Of a stretch of 64,000 nucleotides of DNA, positions 59,008-64,000 are shown one piece after another (position 1 is the first letter of the stretch; the number at the start of each line of letters is the position of its first letter). A program made the translations under genes and the position numbers. The DNA is from Histomonas meleagridis 2922-C6/04-290x (Eukaryota; Protista; Parabasalia): NCBI GenBank assembly GCA_020184695.1, contig JAANOX010000017.1, forward strand, positions 62,001-126,000, read 5' to 3'. The notes under the pieces were generated by a model. The model saw only the letters and a program-made list of their open reading frames with translations. It was not told the origin of the DNA and did not search any database.

Positions 59008-59246
59008 TAAAAGTGGCTTAGTAGTTGTCACTTTTTAATATAGGAGGAAAGAACGTTTATATATTTTGTTGATAGGTATATCAATTATTTATATTAAATT
59101 TATTGTTAATGATCCATGACGCAAAATTAGAGCATATTAAAATAAATAGTAGATCACTCTGACTCTTGTTATTTGAAAAAAATGACTTAAAAAAAAATTG
59201 ATATTTTTTAATTTCAATTTTATTCTTATCTGATAAAAATAACCAA

Positions 59247-59576
59247 TTATATTATAAAATAAAATTTTGCTGTTTCATATGCATCTTTAAATGATAAATG
59301 ATATTGTTCATAGAAATGAATGATTTCTTCATTTCCAATTAATGAAACATTTTTTTGATTAATAAATGAACATTTTGCATAAAGTGATGGCTCAATGATT
59401 TGATTAAAATCAAAATCATTTTGTGATGATATTTCTTGAAGTTTTGCTATTTCATCATTTCGAATTATTTTCGCAATTTTATTTGGATTATGTCCTTCTT
59501 TAATATATTTCTTGTGGAGTTCCCAATCATTCTTTGAAAGTTCTTCATAATGATCTCTAAAGAAAGATCTGAACAA
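59247..59576 (-). pseudogene. DUF3447/ankyrin family remnant with internal deletion
   Basis: YEELSKNDWELHKK...NVSLI is joined directly to GNEEIIH; about 31 codons are missing versus locus A. Confidence 0.8.
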
Positions 59577-59940
59577 TTTTCATGAAAATTTTATAATGGT
59601 TATACTGTATCGTAAAACTTCTTGAAGAAAGGTTTGATATTAGCACCAAAAAATAAAATATTTATTAAATTTATTTTAACAAATTTGCAAATTAAAATAT
59701 AAGTGATTTAAAATTTCATGGAAAACCATATCAATTCAATGATAAAAATGATTTTAATATATTCAAAAAATAATTGGGTAGAGTAAAACAACTTGCCTTT
59801 TGTGCAAGATCTTATCCATATAAAATCTCAAAACATAGAATTTAATAAAAATATAATATACATATTAAATTTTATTATCAACTAAATAATAACAAATTTA
59901 TATAAATACTATTAACAATTTATTTAAATATATGAGCTTC

Positions 59941-62900
59941 TTATTGAATAATCAGGTTAATTCTTTCATATAACGCTTTGTTTATTTTACAAAGTGCTCC
60001 AACAAGTCCATTCCATGTTCTTTGATTTGCTTTTAAATTCTTCATAAACGATCTAAAAGCGGATGTTTCGAATATTTCTTCATTTTCTCCAATTATTTCT
60101 AGGAAATCGACAACTTGTATAACATCATATAGTTCATTTGTTCCATCTTTATAATATGTTAATGTCACAAACAAGTTAAGCATGGCATCAATTAACTCAA
60201 AATCTTTTTTTGATATCACAAAATATAATCTTGAAACGAAACTTTTAATTCTTTTTTTCCGATATAAAACTCTTCTTACAACATCTGAATTTATCAATGT
60301 AGTGATCAAAAGTATTAATTCTTTATTAGAATGATTAATGCTGTCAAATGTCTCTAATATTATATCTAACATTGATTCATTATTAATTTCATAAGTAAAT
60401 GTCGATTGGACTTTAATGTTTCGTGATGTTAAACATAATAAAAATCGAATAATTGAAGGAATTGGTTCATAAATATCAAATAAAATTTCTCGCGGCCATT
60501 TCTCTATAAGTTCATTTTGTCCTTTTTCATATCTATATAAATAATATGAACATGTATTCAATACAAGATTAAAATGTTCTTTATTATTTCTTGAAACTTT
60601 TATTTCATCTAAAATTAATAAGAGAAAATTGGATTCGAGTGCTATATCTTTTGATTCTTCAGATTTGACAAATATTTGTGTAAGAACTAAATGTAAAATT
60701 GATGAACAACATTGCGCGTCTAAAAATGATTTATAAAGTTCAATTAGATTTTTTATTATTTTTGGATCAAATTCAATATTTTCTATAAGTAAATGATTAA
60801 GACAAATTAGTGCTAAGTTCAAATTACAATATGATAATGTTGAACAAATTGAATCATATATATTAGATGAAAAATATTGAAGTGAACCAATTGATAAATT
60901 GCTTATAACATGTAAAACATCATCAGTATATTCTTTGATTGTAAGAAGTCTTAATAAAGAATTTGATAATATAATATCATCACATGAATTAATACAATAA
61001 AGAGCTGCTTTAATAAATATTGGATTACAATTTTGTTGAAGAAATGGAATAACAAAATCATTAATTTTTGTTATTTGTTTTCTTATTGATGGATTTGTTA
61101 ACAATATTAATAATTGTAGTGAAAAAAGATTTTCACCAGTATTAGAATAATATAACGCAGATATATTACTTGACGGAGCTGAATTTTCTTTACAATATTG
61201 ATTTAATATTTCAAGCGAACTTGCTCTTGAACAAATTGCTTCTTTTTCATTAGAAGCACATAATAAAGCTAAACCTGCATTTTCTGTTGTAGGTTTAAGT
61301 AAATGAAATCCAATAGATTTAATAATTACGTCATGTTGTTGTATTAATCGATCACCAATTTCATTAATAATATTATTATTATAAAATAAAATTGCTCCAA
61401 TTTGTCTTTTAATATTAATTGGTTGTTTTTCATTTAATAAATTTTGGATTAAAGAAAAATCAATGATATCAATTGGTTTTTTATATTTTATATGTGTAAT
61501 AATTGTAGATAATGCTGAACGACGATAGTTTATATCCATTATATAATCATTTATCTTTGATGGAAGTTTACAATTACCACCAAATTCTATAATTACTTGA
61601 TTAAGTTTCAGTCCAATGTTTGGTACTTGTTCAATATATTCTTCACATATTTTTGTCGCTGCATTTGAAGATTTTTTTGTTGTTAAAATACATATTAAAA
61701 GTAAATACATTATATCATAAGGTGTTCCAGACGAAATAAGTTTAGCTAATGCTTTTTCATCATTATCAATTTGATCTAATATTGAATTTGCAAGATCTTT
61801 ATTACACATTGATAATTGTATATAATACTTAAGATTAAAACTTTTAGAAATTGGTAAATTTGATTTATTCGAAAATCGAATCCATTCAGAGATTATTGGT
61901 GCAAGTGGAATTATCTCTGTTTGCTTGTAATATTTTGGTTGGAAATAACCATCACTTCCTTTAACATCAAATTTCTCTTCTAAGAATAAAGGCAAACGAA
62001 GCAAATTCGAATTATCACTTTCAATATTTAATAATGGACTAAATATAACACGTGATAATAATGGAAGTAAATGTATTGAGTTATCTTCATTAATTAATTT
62101 AACTAATTCAAATAATTTTTGTGTTTTATCGATTTTATAATTCCCATCACGAATCGAGATTGCATGTAAAAGATCAGGAAAATCAATAAATGAAAGATTA
62201 TATAGTTTTGGAATTATATTTCTTAAATCTTGATAAGGATCAAGTATTAAATCAACTAAACGTGTAGCTGAAATTTGTTTGATATCTATCGGTTGATCAT
62301 CAGATATAATAATTTCAAGTAAAGATTCTGCAATTGTATTAGAAGAGAATTGTGTTGATGATTTTAATTTGTTTAAAAATGTTTCTACATAAAAATCTTT
62401 TTGAGGTTGGTTAAATACATTTAATTGGAAATCAAATTGAAATATATCGGAAAGAATTGTTTTCGCTTCATCACGAACCCATTGTTCTTTGTGATACATG
62501 AAACGTAACCATGAGCAAACAAGTGTAAAATCATCAGAAGCATCGATAACGTCTGTAATTGATTGGAAAAGTGCTGAATTTTTAGACATTGGAATACATT
62601 GAAGATGGGCAATTTGTCGATTTGTGAGATGTACAGCTGTAAGAGATGGAAATTGTGACGCAACAAGCTCAAGTGCAATGTTTTTAACAGCAGGATCAAA
62701 AAGTCCCGCACAAAGAAGAGGATCAAGAAAATCTAAAATGTTGAGATTATGTTCAAGAGCATATGTGTAGAATGATTTCCGAACTGATTCACATGGATGT
62801 GATGCAAAAACAATACTAGATTCGCGATTAACTATTTTGGAAAAGTCGCAAAATTCAATTAGATTACGATCAACAGGTAACTCACCATTGTTGATTGAGT

Positions 62901-63489
62901 TGATTTGTGACGTTATGGACATTACTGTTTTGATCTCTTTACGCGTTTCATCTGTCGAAATTTTTGATAATTTTTGATGTAATAAAGGATGTTGAAGTGC
63001 AAGAATTGGATCAAGAAGAGGAAGACCAACAACTTCAAAATCAGCCATTGATATCAATTCTAGAAGTGGTATTTTCATTGGTATAACATGAAGATAATTC
63101 ATTGCAGCATTGACAATAGTTTTTGTTGCTGGAATTCCAGAAACTTTAAGAAGATCAATACAAAGTGCACATGAAAGAGGCAAAAGATCAGGAATTTTAA
63201 AAAATGGTAAAATTTTTTCTGCTAAAGATAAACATGTTGGTGAAATAAATTTTTGAATTTCTATTGCGCTTCCAAACTTAAGACGAGAATCTTCCTCAAG
63301 TTTTAGACGTACGAACATTTTTCGGCACCATGCTCTTAGAACCATAAATAAATGGAAAATTGGTATTACTTCTCCTTGTCGTATTGTATTAAAAATTCGT
63401 TCCATAATTACCTTATCTTGAAGAATAATTTCTGGCATTGAATCTTCTAGAAATTCTGCAAGCTTTGCATAAAAATCAACATCATTCAT
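59941..63489 (-). CDS. Large ARM/HEAT protein, rotatin-like
   Basis: 1182-codon ORF. SHPCESVRKSFYTYALE, GLFDPAVKNIALELV, FMYHKEQWVRDEA and the C-terminal LFVTLTYYKDG resemble rotatin blocks from memory. Confidence 0.55.
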   Translation of the reverse strand: MNDVDFYAKLAEFLEDSMPEIILQDKVIMERIFNTIRQGEVIPIFHLFMVLRAWCRKMFVRLKLEEDSRLKFGSAIEIQKFISPTCLSLAEKILPFFKIPDLLPLSCALCIDLLKVSGIPATKTIVNAAMNYLHVIPMKIPLLELISMADFEVVGLPLLDPILALQHPLLHQKLSKISTDETRKEIKTVMSITSQINSINNGELPVDRNLIEFCDFSKIVNRESSIVFASHPCESVRKSFYTYALEHNLNILDFLDPLLCAGLFDPAVKNIALELVASQFPSLTAVHLTNRQIAHLQCIPMSKNSALFQSITDVIDASDDFTLVCSWLRFMYHKEQWVRDEAKTILSDIFQFDFQLNVFNQPQKDFYVETFLNKLKSSTQFSSNTIAESLLEIIISDDQPIDIKQISATRLVDLILDPYQDLRNIIPKLYNLSFIDFPDLLHAISIRDGNYKIDKTQKLFELVKLINEDNSIHLLPLLSRVIFSPLLNIESDNSNLLRLPLFLEEKFDVKGSDGYFQPKYYKQTEIIPLAPIISEWIRFSNKSNLPISKSFNLKYYIQLSMCNKDLANSILDQIDNDEKALAKLISSGTPYDIMYLLLICILTTKKSSNAATKICEEYIEQVPNIGLKLNQVIIEFGGNCKLPSKINDYIMDINYRRSALSTIITHIKYKKPIDIIDFSLIQNLLNEKQPINIKRQIGAILFYNNNIINEIGDRLIQQHDVIIKSIGFHLLKPTTENAGLALLCASNEKEAICSRASSLEILNQYCKENSAPSSNISALYYSNTGENLFSLQLLILLTNPSIRKQITKINDFVIPFLQQNCNPIFIKAALYCINSCDDIILSNSLLRLLTIKEYTDDVLHVISNLSIGSLQYFSSNIYDSICSTLSYCNLNLALICLNHLLIENIEFDPKIIKNLIELYKSFLDAQCCSSILHLVLTQIFVKSEESKDIALESNFLLLILDEIKVSRNNKEHFNLVLNTCSYYLYRYEKGQNELIEKWPREILFDIYEPIPSIIRFLLCLTSRNIKVQSTFTYEINNESMLDIILETFDSINHSNKELILLITTLINSDVVRRVLYRKKRIKSFVSRLYFVISKKDFELIDAMLNLFVTLTYYKDGTNELYDVIQVVDFLEIIGENEEIFETSAFRSFMKNLKANQRTWNGLVGALCKINKALYERINLIIQ

Positions 63490-63556
63490 TATTCCATATT
63501 TCTAAACGTACATATGAATAAACGTTTTTTTACAATTCAAAAATAACCGTTTTTAC

Positions 63557-63576
63557 AGCGGTTTTGGCCGACCTTT
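63557..63576 (+). promoter_or_regulatory. Trichomonad M3 + M5 core promoter of RPL13A
   Basis: AGCGGTTT (63557-63564, M3-like) and CCTTT (63572-63576, M5) immediately upstream of ATG 63583. M5 is known to replace the Inr in trichomonad ribosomal-protein genes. Confidence 0.65.
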
Positions 63577-63582
63577 TTTGCG

Positions 63583-64000
63583 ATGTCAATAGTTATTGAT
63601 GGTAAAGGTCATGTCTCTGGACGCTTAGCAGGTGTTATTGCCAAGCAATTACTCAATGGAAGGAAAATCGTTGTTGTTCGTGCCGAAAGTATCGTTACAA
63701 CTGGTGACCATCGCTTCAATTATCACAAGTATCGCCGTTTCTTAAGAAAGACAACAAACTCCAACCCACGTCACGGTCCTTTCCATGAACGCGCACCAGC
63801 TGAAATCTTCGCTCGTACAGTTCGTGGAATGGTTAACTATAAGACAGCTCGCGGTGCTGCTGCTTTCGCTAGACTTAAGGTTTACGAAGGCATCCCAGAG
63901 AAGTACGAAGGAGTCAAGAAACTTGTTGTTCCAACTGCTCTTCGTGTTGTCGCAATTCGTACTGATCGCCCAGTTACAACCCTCGGAAAGATCTCAACAA
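63583..64000 (+). CDS. RPL13A: 60S ribosomal protein L13a (uL13), 3'-truncated by the window end (not in the ORF track)
   Basis: MSIVIDGKGHVSGRLAGVIAKQLLNGRKIVVVRAE...NPRHGPFHERAPAEIFARTVRGMVNYKTARGAAAFARLKVYEGIP. Confidence 0.97.
   Translation, partial: MSIVIDGKGHVSGRLAGVIAKQLLNGRKIVVVRAESIVTTGDHRFNYHKYRRFLRKTTNSNPRHGPFHERAPAEIFARTVRGMVNYKTARGAAAFARLKVYEGIPEKYEGVKKLVVPTALRVVAIRTDRPVTTLGKIST

Overview
AT-rich eukaryotic genomic DNA, very probably a parabasalid (trichomonad). Evidence: TGKHITL-type ubiquitin, DUF3447-like ankyrin family, BspA-like LRR relics, Inr and M3/M5 core promoters, and no canonical introns found. Intact housekeeping genes are CK1, an alpha/beta hydrolase, ELMO, ER Hsp70, an MFS sugar transporter, di-ubiquitin, a PACS-like gene, a NAK kinase, a P4-ATPase, CFAP206, the U2AF large subunit, a rotatin-like gene and RPL13A. 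They alternate with AT-rich islands of ankyrin genes, three rearranged copies of a bacterial-type (DUF5057-like) surface-protein gene, a Mutator transposase relic, a MITE candidate, ABCB half-transporters and a bacterial-like cupin. Main discovery: in five ankyrin loci plus one relic, every C-terminal ankyrin repeat is interrupted at the same position (between ...D-x-N-A-K and T-A-L) by an AT-rich insert. The inserts are mostly exactly 83 nt (13 of 22 by hand count), are built of 20-nt monomers (4x20+3, or 3x20+3=63), break the reading frame and have no GT-AG ends. The 87/84-nt ankyrin cores stay open and vary like functional ankyrin repeats. This points to an undescribed non-canonical intron, bypass or excision system, or alternatively to ankyrin DNA turning into a 170-bp satellite. 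Many +1 homopolymer frameshifts in multicopy regions look like assembly errors. All lengths and counts were made by hand.
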